Assembly: GCA_001662655.1 (NCBI GenBank)
Contig: KV460262.1
Direction: 5' to 3' (one strand)
DNA: 64,000 nt
DNA from: Pseudogymnoascus verrucosus
Taxonomy: Eukaryota
The stretch's first letter is position 1. Each line of letters starts with the position of its first letter. The position numbers were made by a program, and so were the translations under genes. The notes beneath the pieces were generated by a model. The model was not told the DNA's origin and did no database searches. It was given only the letters and a program-made list of their open reading frames with translations. This document shows positions 26,020-37,908 of this stretch, in pieces.

Positions 26020-26742
26020 CTTGAACCACGGGTTGTTCTTCTCACTACTCGTTCTTGTTAATCTGTATATCCACTTTGATCCACTGAAGCATTTAAGATA
26101 TATAATCTAGAGACGTCTCCGACTCTGAGATGAGAGGGAAGCTGATGAAATGCGTTGGCTTTGCAGATGCAAGGCTCCCATTTCCGATGGTTTGGCAGAT
26201 ATTGGGGGCCCAACAACCAACACTATTTCATGGCCATCACAGCCTGGCAGACTTTCCATTGGCTTGGGAGAATCTGATGCAATAGAATGTGAACTGATCA
26301 CAGCCATAGCGGCGCATATCTGCAGCATCTTGGCCGCATGTTTGCTTCAATATTGCGATGGGAAAATTATGCAAGGACAGGGAGTATTGAAAAGCCAGTT
26401 GAGCGGCGGGCTTGTCGAAGATATCATTTCAGAATTTGAAATGACATATTATTATCAGACATAACATAATATTCAAAGTTATCGACGGTATGAAACGCTC
26501 ATGTACTTAGCTTTTGCCATAGCTCCTCTTCCAGAATTATGGGTCCGCGGAGGTCCTTACCTGATGAAATCATCCGGCAGGCTGGAAACGGCAATTCGGT
26601 AGGAGAGACCAATTGGGTACGCAAGATGATATGCATTTTCACAAAAAAATGCAGCCTCGTCCAATATGCAGCCTCGATAATACTTGGAAACTTTACAGGC
26701 CCAGCGGTTCAGGGCCTCAGGGGGTAGTGGTGCCTAAATTGA

Positions 26743-26801
26743 ACGCGTGACGACGCGAAAGAACACCAAAAAGATCGCGTCTCCCAATCTCCACACGCGA
26801 A
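26743..26801. promoter_or_regulatory. Cluster of MCB/SCB-like G1/S elements upstream of UNG1
   Basis: ACGCGT (26743), ACGCGAAA (26753), TCGCGT (~26775) and ACGCGAA (~26795) lie within 60 bp, 120-180 bp upstream of the ATG. Confidence 0.55.
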
Positions 26802-26921
26802 TGTGGCGTGCGGCTGACACACAGGAGTAAAATGCACATAACCATAGCCACACCGCCCATTTGATTTCCTCCCCAATTTTTCAAAGTGTCTTTCCTCCTA
26901 GTATTTCAGCGGTCAATTACC

Positions 26922-28007
26922 ATGTCTCTCAAACGAAAAGCCGCCGATGCCGCTCTGGCAGACGCCAAAAAGGTCAAGGCGAATGGCAGCATCACGTCTT
27001 TCTTTGGGCCTCCCAAGGTAGCCGCTGCCAAGACCATCTCGACGACTACGAAGGTTGTTGCGAAGTCGGCCGGTGGAGAGACTACAGAGACTGTGGTAGA
27101 GACTGTTGTTCAAGAAGAGGTCAAGTCCTCGAGGCCAAAGTTCGACAAGAAGAAGTGGGCTGAGAAGCTCACGGCTGAGCAGAAGGAGCTGTTGGGGCTG
27201 GAGATTGAGACGCTGGATGAGAGCTGGTTCGCTGTGCTGAAGGATGAGCTGCTCACCAAGGAGTTTCTTGCACTGAAGAGGTTCCTGGTGCAGGAGCATA
27301 TAGCCAAGAAGCAGATCTTCCCGCCCGCAGAGGACGTTTATTCTTGGTACGGCACTCTCCACTCACATTCCCTCTCCTCTCCTCTGTCAACTTCAAACCT
27401 ACCATACAAGTAATACAGCTAACCCTCCTCCCCCAGGTCCCGCCACACCCCCTTCCACACCGTCAAAGCCGTCATCATCGGCCAAGACCCCTACCACAAC
27501 CACAACCAAGCGCACGGGATGTGCTTCTCCGTCCGCCCCCCCACCCCCGCCCCTCCCTCCCTAAAAAACATGTACAAAGCCCTCAAAATCGACTACCCCG
27601 GTTTCCAACCCCCGCCCAACAACGGCGGTCTCCTAACCCCCTGGGCCGACCGCGGCGTCCTCCTCCTCAACACCTGCCTCACGGTGCGTGCGCACGACGC
27701 CAACAGCCACTCGGGAAAGGGGTGGGAGAGACTGACGCAAAAGGCGATTGATGCGGTAGCGGCGAGGAGGGGGAAGGGGGCGGTGTTTATTGCGTGGGGC
27801 GCGGCGGCGGGGAAGAGGGTCGCGAAGGTGGATAAGAAGAAGCATTGTGTTTTGGTGGGGGTGCATCCGAGTCCATTGAGTGCGCATAGGGGGTTTTTTG
27901 AGTGTGGGCATTTTAGGAAGACGAATGAGTGGTTGAGGGAGAATTATGGGAGGGAGGCGGAGATTGATTGGAGTTTGGATGTTGATCCCAAGGTTGCGGG
28001 TGTTTAG
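26922..28007 (+). CDS. UNG1: Uracil-DNA glycosylase (family 1); exons 26922-27346, 27437-28007
   Basis: GQDPYHN, PPSLKN, GVLLLN and HPSPLSA motifs, plus PIP-like SITSFF near the N-terminus. Confidence 0.96.
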
Positions 28008-28334
28008 ATGGGGGTGTCGTGGTTTTCTGGCGTGGATGTGATACCTTTTCGTTCCTTTTTTGTTCTAATGTTTGGCGTGGCTATGCCTTGAGCATGGACT
28101 GTTTCGAACTATACTATAGTATGGATATTATAACTTGACGCTCTACTTGAAACTTTGAAGATGTGACTGCATTTGCTCTTCAGTCTACAGTAGTGCAGTT
28201 TCCGAAGCAATGATTACTACTGTTTCAGCTTTGAGCAACGCCAACCAAGGCCCAGGTATCGTGAAGTCCATAATGGCGGCCAAGTTAACTGTCGCAGAAT
28301 GGGGGTTTGGTGGTGGTGACGGAAGGAAGGTGGT

Positions 28335-28620
28335 CGCCGGAGGATTATATTGCAGAAGCAAAAGGTCTACATCTCCAAGCAGGAACAAACGCTAGTGGAT
28401 AATTTCAGGTGAAAGACAATTGCAAACAGGTTGCAACAATGTTAATTACGAGATGCGGGATAACGCCCTTCAAGCGATCCCAGAGACAACGGGTAGCGGC
28501 TGAGCTCAACAGCCTACATCAAGGAACCCGACCTCTTGCTGATTATATCGCGGACGCGAAAGACTTGCATTTGCATATTTCTCGGGAGCAAGAGCAAACT
28601 TTGGCCGATAACTTTGTGAC
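28335..28620 (+). mobile_element. Degenerate retrotransposon gag-like fragments (two diverged tandem copies)
   Basis: ELNSLHQGTRPLADYIADAKDL resembles the L-x-Q-G..Y..(F/A) Ty3 gag motif. An upstream frameshifted copy reads EDYIAEAKGLH..QEQTLVDNF. Confidence 0.45.
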
Positions 28621-31457
28621 CCCAGGTTCGCTGATCATATTTGAGGCTGGGCCTCAAAAGACGAAATCAAGGCCTGTGGTGAGAAATGGTAACGGTGGTG
28701 AGAATAGTAGAAGCAGTGGGAAAATATGAACCCCACAGATAGTATGGCAAGCCCACTAAAGCGGATAGTACAGGCATCGTGAGTTACAGTCGGGCTCGGT
28801 ATCACCAGCTTGATTTGGACTACATTGCGAGGAGCCATAGGAAGAAAGAATAGCACATAGTAGACTACCAACTCAACAACCAACACCAGCCATTGCACCC
28901 AAAAGCGCAGACTACTCCAACAAAGTCCGTATAAATTGCAAGTGTGTTGTGCGCAGAGAGTCTATTTACAGTCTGGAAGAGGCGGGATACTAGAGCAAAC
29001 CATCCACTGCGGGCAGTAGTGGACCAAGAAATAAAAATCACATTGCAGGCAGGGAGACCAGTAGCTGTGGGGATGAACCCTGCGACTGTGACTGTAAGAA
29101 TTTACAACTGTAGGCTGCAGTTGCACTCCTGCAGTCTGCAGGAGTAAATGGTGACGAGAATTTGCTGTGGTGAGAAGTAGATGGCGACAGTAAGATATTT
29201 GCAACAGCAACAGAAAGTCAGACAGAAGAGAAGTCGGCCAGTGATTAGGAGAGTTTGTAAAAGGGATCTTTTGCTCGTCTCTCTAGGCTTTCCCTCAAAA
29301 AATCTATTGTCATTTGTGTCATTTTGATTCCAAAGGTTGGATACGAGAGTTACGAGTATCGAGGGGTTGGTATAGGTTTTCTCGTACAGGAGTTACTTGT
29401 TAGTCAGGAACGTGAATTTGAAAACCACCATTCCAAATTCTTCACCGGCTCCTCGACCGACTCTAGTAGAGGCAGCAGAAGCTCTTCTCGATGAGCCTGT
29501 AAGACACGTTGTGATGGCTAACTCTCTTCCTGGATTTGAAACTAAGTTGCCATTATCTCCAAATCCAACCCCCTTTTTCTTACTCACACCCGTCAAACAT
29601 CGGTTCCCAACCTCCAACTCCATTCTCCGTCTTCTCTAACGGTATATATTGGCTGTCCATTCACCTTGCACCACCACGAAAGACGGTGCGAGTGAGCGGT
29701 CGTCACAGCGCCACTCCCAGCATCGGACACCTGCCTTGACGATCTTCAGCCTTCGCCCCCGGCGAACCCGAAGTTTCTTGAGGGACAGCAGCGGCTTCCA
29801 CGCTCTCTTTTCTTGCTATCACTCCTCTTTTCTCACCGCCCCCTTTTCTCGCCACCGCTCCTATCTCTCACCACCCTGTCCCCTTCTCACCTCTGGATTC
29901 CCAACTGTCCTGTCGATTTCTGAGCCTCCGAAAGGTTTTTCAGGACGAGTCCGGCTAAATACAAATGGTTCCCGCGTTGGTAGGCTTCCAGTATGGTTCG
30001 GCTGGCAATGCCTCTGAGAGTTCTGGCTCAAAGCAACTGTAGACAGCCTCGTTTATAAGCCTGGTGTTTCCAAAATTTCTTCACTAAATGTGAGATGCTT
30101 GTATAGTCCCAGTCTATGAAGTTATATTGTATCGTCTCCAATACAGCATTTGCGTAACTGGACGAGTTTTGCGGCACAGGAACACATGAGTTAACATTTC
30201 GGAAATACAAGGTCTAGGCATTGAGGAGGCCTGCTCGGCCATCAGTGTGGCCTCTTGAGCCATCCATCGCCGATGTCTCAAACCCAGCTAATAAAAACCG
30301 ACCTCCAACGTAAAATAAGCATCCTACCTCTCACCACTCTCGAGGCGCAGCAGCGTCTCAAACCCCAATCACAACCCTTGCCCATCCCCAAGACAAGCCA
30401 GCACCAAAACCAAGGAGCCTCATCCTCGCCCAGCGCCATCTTGAAACCCGTAGCCGCCACCAATCTCTCCCCTCCACCAAACCTTACCCACAAGCTGAAG
30501 CTCCACCCTGAGTCAAGACAGCTCCCCGCTCCTCAGAACCACCACCCGGGATCTCCTCCAGCAGACCTCGCCACGGTCCAGACCATCGTGCCAGCGGCCC
30601 CTGTGGTCGAATCACAGCCAGCCTTGTCTTACCGGCGCATAATACGAGCGACCCGCCCGCGCGCCTATCTCGACCCAGTACACTCCTATCCACGATAAAA
30701 TTACTAGCAGTCGCCAAGAGGTCGTCGCTCAAACCGCCGCGGGTTTCCTCCAAGTCGTGGTTACGGCAATGGTGGTACCTGACTGGTTGCCAGGGTATGG
30801 CGGCCGCTTGCGAGCCGCCGCCCCAAGCACATCCCTGACACCGTGGTATGGGGCGCTGATTGGCTAGCTCGGCGGCTGTTAGGACAGGGGGGACGTGTCA
30901 GGAATTAATAGAAGTAGCTTTTGAGGTAGGGCGCGTGAGAAGGTGAGTCTAGGCAAATCAAGTCTTGGTGGAGAATCTAAATTTGTAGGTCTGGATCTCG
31001 ATCGCGGTCTGGTGAGGTAGGTATAAGAGTTGGCGAGTTTCCGCAAGTTAAGTTTTTGGATCAGCAGCTTCTTTCATTGTCAATCTTCTTCAGTCTTCAG
31101 TCCATTCTTACGATTTCCTTTTCGGGTCTTGTTTTTGGGTCGGTCTCCTTACAAACGGTCTCTTCTTGTCTCTATCTCTCAGTCTTGTTTTCGCTCAGAC
31201 TTTATTTACACCACGACTTGATTTGCTTTGATAGCATCACACTCTCTCTATCGATTGATTCGATATCCCTCGTTCTCCAAAAGTTCAACAAAAAAAACAG
31301 TTCGCCATTAAACTCACGATCACTATAACGACATAACATCAACACGGTGCCTTCATCACTCTTTCTCAGACGCACCTCATCCAGACCCAACGTCTTCCCC
31401 AAAGCTCTGCGCATAAACACCAACTTCTCAACCCACACTCCCTCAAAAAAACCAACC

Positions 31458-32084
31458 ATGCCTGCTCCCCAATACGGCGCCCTCGGCGCGTCCTACACCG
31501 TCGCCCGCGGTCTCCAGGGTGTCTCTCTCATCTCCATCATCGGGATGACCGCGAACTTCATCGCGCAAATGGTCTCCTCCAAGACCAATCCCCCTAACGT
31601 CCTCATCGGGACTATCGCCGTCGTGAGTCCCCCTGTCCCCTTCCCCTTTCCCGTCTCTTTTCAAATAATAGCTTTTTCTAACACGCAACTCCAGACCTGC
31701 ATAGCAGTCCTCTACTGCGCAATTTCCTACATCCTCTTCTGGGACCGCCACCTTCCCTTCCTCATCGCAACCGGTCTCGACTCCGCCCTCCTCATCGCCG
31801 TCATCGTTGTCGCCGTCACCATCGGCAAGCCCCTTTCCTACCTCGACTGCAAGGTCCTCTCCAAGGATGGCGGGAGCGCTGAAGCCTTCTTGTCATCTGT
31901 CGGCGCCAATATGGGGAAGGTCGATTATTTCGTCTGGGCCGGGGCGGATAGTTTGACTTGCTACGAGATGAAGAGTATTTGGGGTCTGAGTATTGCGCTC
32001 TGTATCCTTTTCGCCTTGTCGGCGGCGATGAGCGCGCTTTTGTGGAAGAGGACTAAGGGTGGATTCACTGACCTCGAGAAGTGA
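31458..32084 (+). CDS. Four-TM MARVEL-like membrane protein; exons 31458-31622, 31695-32084
   Basis: Four hydrophobic helices and two loop cysteines (PLSYLDC..TCYEMKSIWGLSIAL). 72-nt in-frame GTGAGT..CTAAC..CAG intron. Confidence 0.75.
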   Translation: MPAPQYGALGASYTVARGLQGVSLISIIGMTANFIAQMVSSKTNPPNVLIGTIAVVSPPVPFPFPVSFQIIAFSNTQLQTCIAVLYCAISYILFWDRHLPFLIATGLDSALLIAVIVVAVTIGKPLSYLDCKVLSKDGGSAEAFLSSVGANMGKVDYFVWAGADSLTCYEMKSIWGLSIALCILFALSAAMSALLWKRTKGGFTDLEK

Positions 32085-32754
32085 GAAGTGGTTCTGGGAG
32101 CCACTTCTAGCTGGCCCGAAATCCCAACCTCGAAGTTGGCTGCTCGGGCGGTGGAGTCGCACAAAAGCCCTTTGAGCAAGTGAAGGAGGTGGACGTCTTT
32201 CTCAAAAGTTCAACATCGAAAACAAAACAAAACACCACAAAAAAAACGGTACCAGGTTGTGTTATACTCCGCTCTTACAGTGGGGGGCTCATGATGAGTC
32301 GGTCGGATGGATGAACGGTCTGTTTTTGTTTTTTGCTCTTTGCTTTTTTCGGGGATAATGGTAATAACGTGCATCGCTCCATCGAGGGACGCACCCAGTG
32401 GCGAGATAGATATTAGTACTTTGAATGCAATTGATTCTAAATTTTATGAATCCATTGAAAATTCTAGCATTTTTATGTCAATCACGTTGTGTGGCCGTTG
32501 CTGAACAATTCATGCTACTGAAATTTAGTATCACGACGTCGCCTTCTAAATTTAGAAATTAGGTGATCCCTGGCCACTCGGTGGTTGCTGAGTTGTGGCT
32601 GTGTGTGATACGTCTAACAAACTCATTCTGACAACGTCTGAAAAGGGCGTGGGCTGCATGAAGACACCTGAATAAACCGCATTCCGGCGGGATAACCTCT
32701 ACCCCGCTTTCAACTTCAAATAAGCACAGCTCTCCGCCGGCCAAAAACGTCACT

Positions 32755-33282
32755 ATGAGCCCCAACCAATTCGACTCTGAATCCATTTCCGACCCTGACG
32801 ACTCTACCATTTACACGCCAACTACAACCTCCAACACCTTTACCGCAGATCTCCCGGGAAATCAAGACCAGTCTAGCAGTGTCCCTTCGCACGATTCCAC
32901 CTTCATTATCCGCTCTGTCTCGTCCGGGCATGTAATTACGCTGCTTGGCGGGCAGGTTGTGCTGACCCCGCCAGGCGGCGGGGGCTCCATCCACTGGGCG
33001 TGTGTGGAAACCGAAGGCTGGCTCGGTTTCCGGAATCGCGTTTCGAATAAGTTTCTGTGTCACGATTGGAAGGGGGGACTGAAGTGCTCGGCAGAACAGC
33101 ATGATAGATGGAGACACTTTTCTATCACTCCGGTGCCACAAGGTGGTTACATCATGCAGATGTTAGACTTTTCGACGCTTCGACCCATAGTGATTAAAGT
33201 AGAAGGGGGGCTGCAGACGCTAGGGAGGACTGGAAATAAGTTATCTGACGGAATCATCTGGGAATTTGTGAGGATTTGGTAG
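32755..33282 (+). CDS. Small fungal protein with ricin-B/beta-trefoil-like repeats
   Basis: STFIIRSVSSGHVITL..SIHWACVETEGWLGFRNRVSNKFLCHD..HDRWRHF resembles a fungal uncharacterised beta-trefoil family. Intact 175-aa ORF. Confidence 0.65.
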   Translation: MSPNQFDSESISDPDDSTIYTPTTTSNTFTADLPGNQDQSSSVPSHDSTFIIRSVSSGHVITLLGGQVVLTPPGGGGSIHWACVETEGWLGFRNRVSNKFLCHDWKGGLKCSAEQHDRWRHFSITPVPQGGYIMQMLDFSTLRPIVIKVEGGLQTLGRTGNKLSDGIIWEFVRIW

Positions 33283-33703
33283 CAAGAAAAATTAGTGTAT
33301 AAACCATAGCTGTGTGTGAGACTCCTAAAGCATAGATTCGTCCCGTGACAGAGTGCGTCCTGGACCTAGAGATAGACGTTAGGATAGGATAGCTCTTTAT
33401 GAGTAGTGTGTGGCAATGTCTTTGTCATTTTAACGCAATAATGTGCATTAGCATAGTCACAATAAATATACCGCCACATTCTCGTCCAGCCTTGCTATGT
33501 TTTACTCGGGCACTATTCTCAAGCCAATCCTTGGGCAGAAGTGCATATATCCCACGTGACACACTTTCTTGAGGTTCTAGCCATAGTCAAGAAGGGCAAT
33601 TGCTATTGCTATTGCTACGAGGCTCTGCGATAAGGCAAGTTTGACTCTTCTTGCAAACGGCGCACACTGGATGAGAAACTCCTAAGAACACATTTGCTCA
33701 GAT

Positions 33704-34984
33704 ATGGCACCAGCACTAGTGATAGAGGATTATTACATGGTCCTTGAAGTGGAGCAAACGGCTTCGCTCGAGCTAGTCATCAAATCATACAAACGACTAG
33801 CACTCAAGCTCCACCCAGATCGGAATACCAAGCACGATGCTACTAAGGCCTTTCAACTGGTATGATAATTTTCTGGTGAAATTGCAGTATGCTAAAATCA
33901 AATATGAAAGCTCGGAGAGGCCTTCGAGACATTAAAAGATGAAAACAAACGCCGGGAGTACGACTTAAAGTACCCCACCATAAGACGAAGTGGACCCTCT
34001 TCTCAAACTACACAAACACCTGCTTCGACCCCGCGGACAGGAGCACTTAGTGAAGACGAACAAATCGCCGCACTTCTAAAGTCGAAGCAAGAACGTAGTG
34101 CACGATGGCGGACCGAGAAAAATGTCTTCGACTCCTCGATCTTTGAGTTACGCAGAGAGGTTCGCCGGTTGGAGCAAGAAATCAAAAATTTGGATAGTAT
34201 TGTAGCTGCTGAGGCAGCGGCAGAGGCACGGAAGAATAGCTGGGGAACGTGGTTATTATCACCAATATACAGGAAGGCAGAAGACACTGAGGATGAGAAA
34301 GAACGCAAGGGTATTGAGAGACAGGAGAGGAAACTTGAGAAAGATTGGAAAGAGAGGGTACTAGGGGTAAGGAAGGCAGAATTGAAGAAAGAGGAAAGCC
34401 AGTTACGAAATGCGAAAGAGAAGGTGGATGCTGCGGATCTAGCCGATAATAGGGGGATACAAGCGACTCAATATAGAATATGGCATAGAGAACAGATGGA
34501 GAGGCAAGAGCTTGCCAGGATCGAGAGAGAGAGAGCAGCAATGATTCGGAAACAACAGCAGGAGGAGTGGGAGAGAAAGACGCGGGAAGCAGATGAGGCG
34601 TGGAGAAAACGACAGGCAGCAGAGCAGAAACGACAAGATGAACAGACTAGGATGTGGCAGAAGACTGCCGATGATGAAGCTAAAGAATTCCGGGAACGAT
34701 ATGCAAATGTCAATCTCCCTAGCTACTCTTTTGCAACAGAGGGAAGCACTTACGGGGCTTCTACATCAACCTGCCTCCACGACGGCTGGTGGCCAAAAAT
34801 ACAAGGACGTACGGCGTGCCCGAAGTGCTATGTGAGTTGGAGTTATCTACTCCAGTGCCCGGGCTGTACGATGCAGGCGTGCCCGAAATGTCAAGCGTCG
34901 ATACGGCCGAGGATACAACGTAATGCGAATCGAAGAGCCCCTTTAAGGGCTTCGAGCCCGGATTATTTTTATAATGACTGGTAA
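33704..34984 (+). CDS. DnaJ-domain protein with coiled coil and C-terminal Cys/His-rich domain; exons 33704-33859, 33911-34984
   Basis: DYYMVLEV..KSYKRLALKLHPDRN..AFQL|LGEAFETLKDENKRREYD J-domain. C-terminal CLHDGWW..CPKC..CPGC..CPKC. Confidence 0.88.
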
Positions 34985-35188
34985 GTTGGGGTCGTGAAAG
35001 GAAATCTAATGATAAAATTGGTTGGTTTGGGTTTCGGCATCATTTAGGGGAACATGCTCTTATATATTAGAATTTACAATTCTAAGTTAGTGTCATCGAA
35101 ATAAAACATCTAATTTGTCCCATGACACAAAAATATGAAAAGTTTCAATATATTCACGAATTTATAATCAATTGAATTCAAAGCCCCC

Positions 35189-35972
35189 TCACGCCTTAGT
35201 ATTCAACATAACCCTCCCCACCTCCTTCCCCTTCATTCCCAAAACACGCACCCCTTTCCCCTCTAACTCCTTCTTCTTCTCCCCCCACTTCTCCGGCTCA
35301 ACAGCTCTCGTCCCCTCCTCCACAATCACCACCTTAAACCCCTCTTTCACCGCATCCTCCGCTGTAGCAGCGACGCAGTAGTCCGCTGCTAGGCCGACTA
35401 CATATACATCCGTCACCCCTTTCTCCTTCAATAAAGCTGAGAGCCCGCTATCCCCGACGCGTGGGGAGGAGAGAGGGGGATAGAAGGCAGAGTACATTTC
35501 GACTGATGCCATTTGGCCTTTTTCCACGATCCTATCCACCTTCGACAGATCCAGATCTTTCACCAGTTCCGCGCCTGGACTACCCTGTACGCAATGATCT
35601 GGCCATAACCGACTTTCATATTTCTCAGACGGGTTCTGGGGGTTGGTAATCGTCGCGAAACTGGTAAAAGCCTCCTTCCCCGGGTGTGAAGATGCGAAAC
35701 TGATGTGGCCAGCAGGATGCCAATCCTTTGTAGCGATCTTGAGGACAAAGGGGTAGGCGAGGAGGGTGTTGAGGGTGGTGAGGATAGAGCGCCCTTGGGG
35801 AACTGCTAAGGCGCCGGACTGTGGGGGGTGGGGGGTTAGTGGGGTGGTGGATGGTGGGGAAGTGGGACACAGGGAAGAAGGGAAAGTGGGGAGGGGAAAG
35901 GCGTACGGGTGGACAGAAGTCTTCTTGGAAATCTACTATTATGAGTGCCGGTTCGAATGCTGGTTCCGCCAT
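35189..35972 (-). CDS. PNC1: Nicotinamidase/pyrazinamidase (isochorismatase family); exons 35972-35907, 35818-35189
   Basis: ALIIVDFQEDFCPP|SGALAV, TKDWHP.GHISF, LWPDHCVQGSPGA, YSAF and VVGLAADYCV. Confidence 0.93.
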
Positions 35973-36291
35973 TATCGTGTTGTTGTTATTGTTGTTGATA
36001 GACGGCGGGGTATTTGGCGGGGTAAAGGGTGGTAACGCGTGAGCCTGCTGACGGATGCGATGGATGTGTGGGTTGGCAGGGTGGTCTAGATGCTGGATTG
36101 GGTGGGATTAATAGGAGATTGTATTATTATATTTTTTGAAGGGTGGAGGAGGATGGGGTTTATAGTTTTAAATAGGTGGAATGAAATGGGTGGTGTGACA
36201 TAAACGTCACTCTCCGGAACCTATGCTTCCCATTCTCACCCCAGGTAGCAGATTTGGATGGTATATATGCTCCCCCCACAGAAGAATTGTT

Positions 36292-36352
36292 ACATACGAC
36301 CATAGACTCAAGAGAATTGGACATCCCGTCCGCTCTGCCATACACAAGCTTG
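36292..36352 (+). pseudogene. 5S rRNA 5' half (nt 1-61), interrupted after CAAGCTTG
   Basis: Matches the intact copy at 43856 except for one transition and stops abruptly at 36352. TATA lies about 30 bp upstream. Confidence 0.93.
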
Positions 36353-37010
36353 TAATCCACTTGCTTATTACTCTCAATCGTGCCAATAGGCATAACGTGA
36401 GATCTCAGCCCCGTGCTGCCTTAAGGGGTGAAGCGAGGGTAATCAGGGTTTGCCGAGGGGTGATCACGCTGACCAGGGTGACCACGGTGAGCGGGGTGAG
36501 GCGACGCAACGTTTTCGTGTCAATTTCGTGTCAGTCCCGCATCAATTTCGTAACAGTACTAGAGTGTGGGCGTTTTAGCGGAAGCAGCTTCGTAGGGCAG
36601 GAATTGAGGCACGAAGGAAGAGCGCCTCCGGAAGAAGAGTGTAAGAGCTCTTCTTCGGGCTGGCCTCCCAATTCCTCCGAAATTTGAGGAGCCAATTCCT
36701 GACCTAGAAGCCCCCGAAATTGAGGGCGAGTGCGAGAGCCAGTGCGAGAGCGAGGGTGGGGGCGAAGGTGGGAGTGAGGGTGGGAGTGAGAGTGGGAGAG
36801 GAAGTGATAATTTCGTAGAGTAGGAAAATTATGTACCTTTACATACAAATTACTATGGACAGGTACTTACGGTCGCAATTTTCAGTTGCTGCATATTGCC
36901 TGCCCGGGGCCCCGAGTTGACGCACATTGCTTGTTCCAACCTTTCGCTTCGCTCAAGGTTGGTTACGACGATTAGTTTATACTCTTCTATTAACTTAGCT
37001 TCTTATAGTT

Positions 37011-37040
37011 TGACTACTAGCAAATACCTACTATTGTATG
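37011..37040 (+). pseudogene. Degenerate 5S rRNA 3' fragment
   Basis: TGACTACTAGCAAATACCTACTATTGTATG aligns to 5S TGACCACCAGCGAATACCCACTGTTGTATG with only C>T/G>A changes, followed by a T-run. Confidence 0.8.
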
Positions 37041-37675
37041 GTTTTTGTTTGACGCTTTTATTATTTTTGGCTTTTGGATTATCAATCGTGGCGATGAGGC
37101 GCAATAAGGGCCTGTTTGAAGCATAGTAACGCCAAGGTCGCGAGTTCGACCCTCGTAGTGACCAATATTTTTAATATTTTGCTGGTTGTGCTGGCGAGAA
37201 GGGCGGATTCATTTTTTTTTGCCAGTGGTGGTGATGTAGAGGGACAAGCGACTACAGGGGGATGGTGAGTGGGTGGGCGAGCATAGGGGGAGGAGGATTC
37301 GCGTGATTGTTCCAACACCTCCACTCCTGTAGCTGGCCTAATTTAACAACCATCTTGACGTTTCATCCCACCTTCCCTACTTGCTGGATGGAGAATAGTC
37401 TAGATAAGGTGATTCGCACCTCACTGTCCAAAGAGCACCCGCATTTTGCCTAGCTAGGGTCAATCGTTCTGTTGTACATTCGTTCACTACACCTCTAAAC
37501 TTAGGACACGGTGCATAGCACGCATATCCTCTGTGGTATGATTCGTCAGCCTCTGGAGGAACTCTGTTGGTTTTTGTCTATCATAGTCTCTTTGGTGTGT
37601 CAGGCATCACCACCTGCCACCACCGGCGCTTAAATCAATCACTAGGTAATGGAGATAGATAATCACCCCGATGGA

Positions 37676-37677
<2 letters not shown>

Positions 37678-37712
<35 letters not shown>
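37678..37712. repeat. Compound microsatellite (CT)n(GT)n
   Basis: Seen directly. A (TTTTG)n run also occurs at ~37797-37820. Confidence 0.9.
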
Positions 37713-37714
<2 letters not shown>

Positions 37715-37908
37715 TGCAGAATTTGCCGCTCTGTGTATATCTCTCTAGCCTCTCGTGCTTCCAAACACTACTAATATTGCTAGACCCTGCTTTGCATTTT
37801 GTTTTGTTTTGTTTTGTTTGCCCTCGGTACAGAAATCGTCCTTAGTTAGCCTCGAGATTTGAGAAGATTAGCGATCATTTTGACTAGGCGTCGACCTATG
37901 CAGCCATC

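Noticed and set aside
29640..30700. Protein-like fragments on both strands
   Set aside because: Multiple stops and no family I can recognise. Possibly a decayed gene, but not supportable.
36292..36560. 5S-headed SINE3 interpretation of the 5S-half plus conserved body (also 47160-47410)
   Set aside because: The heads stop at nt 61 and lack the intermediate element and box C needed for Pol III transcription. A complementary 3' half with a direct repeat exists, which fits insertion into 5S better.
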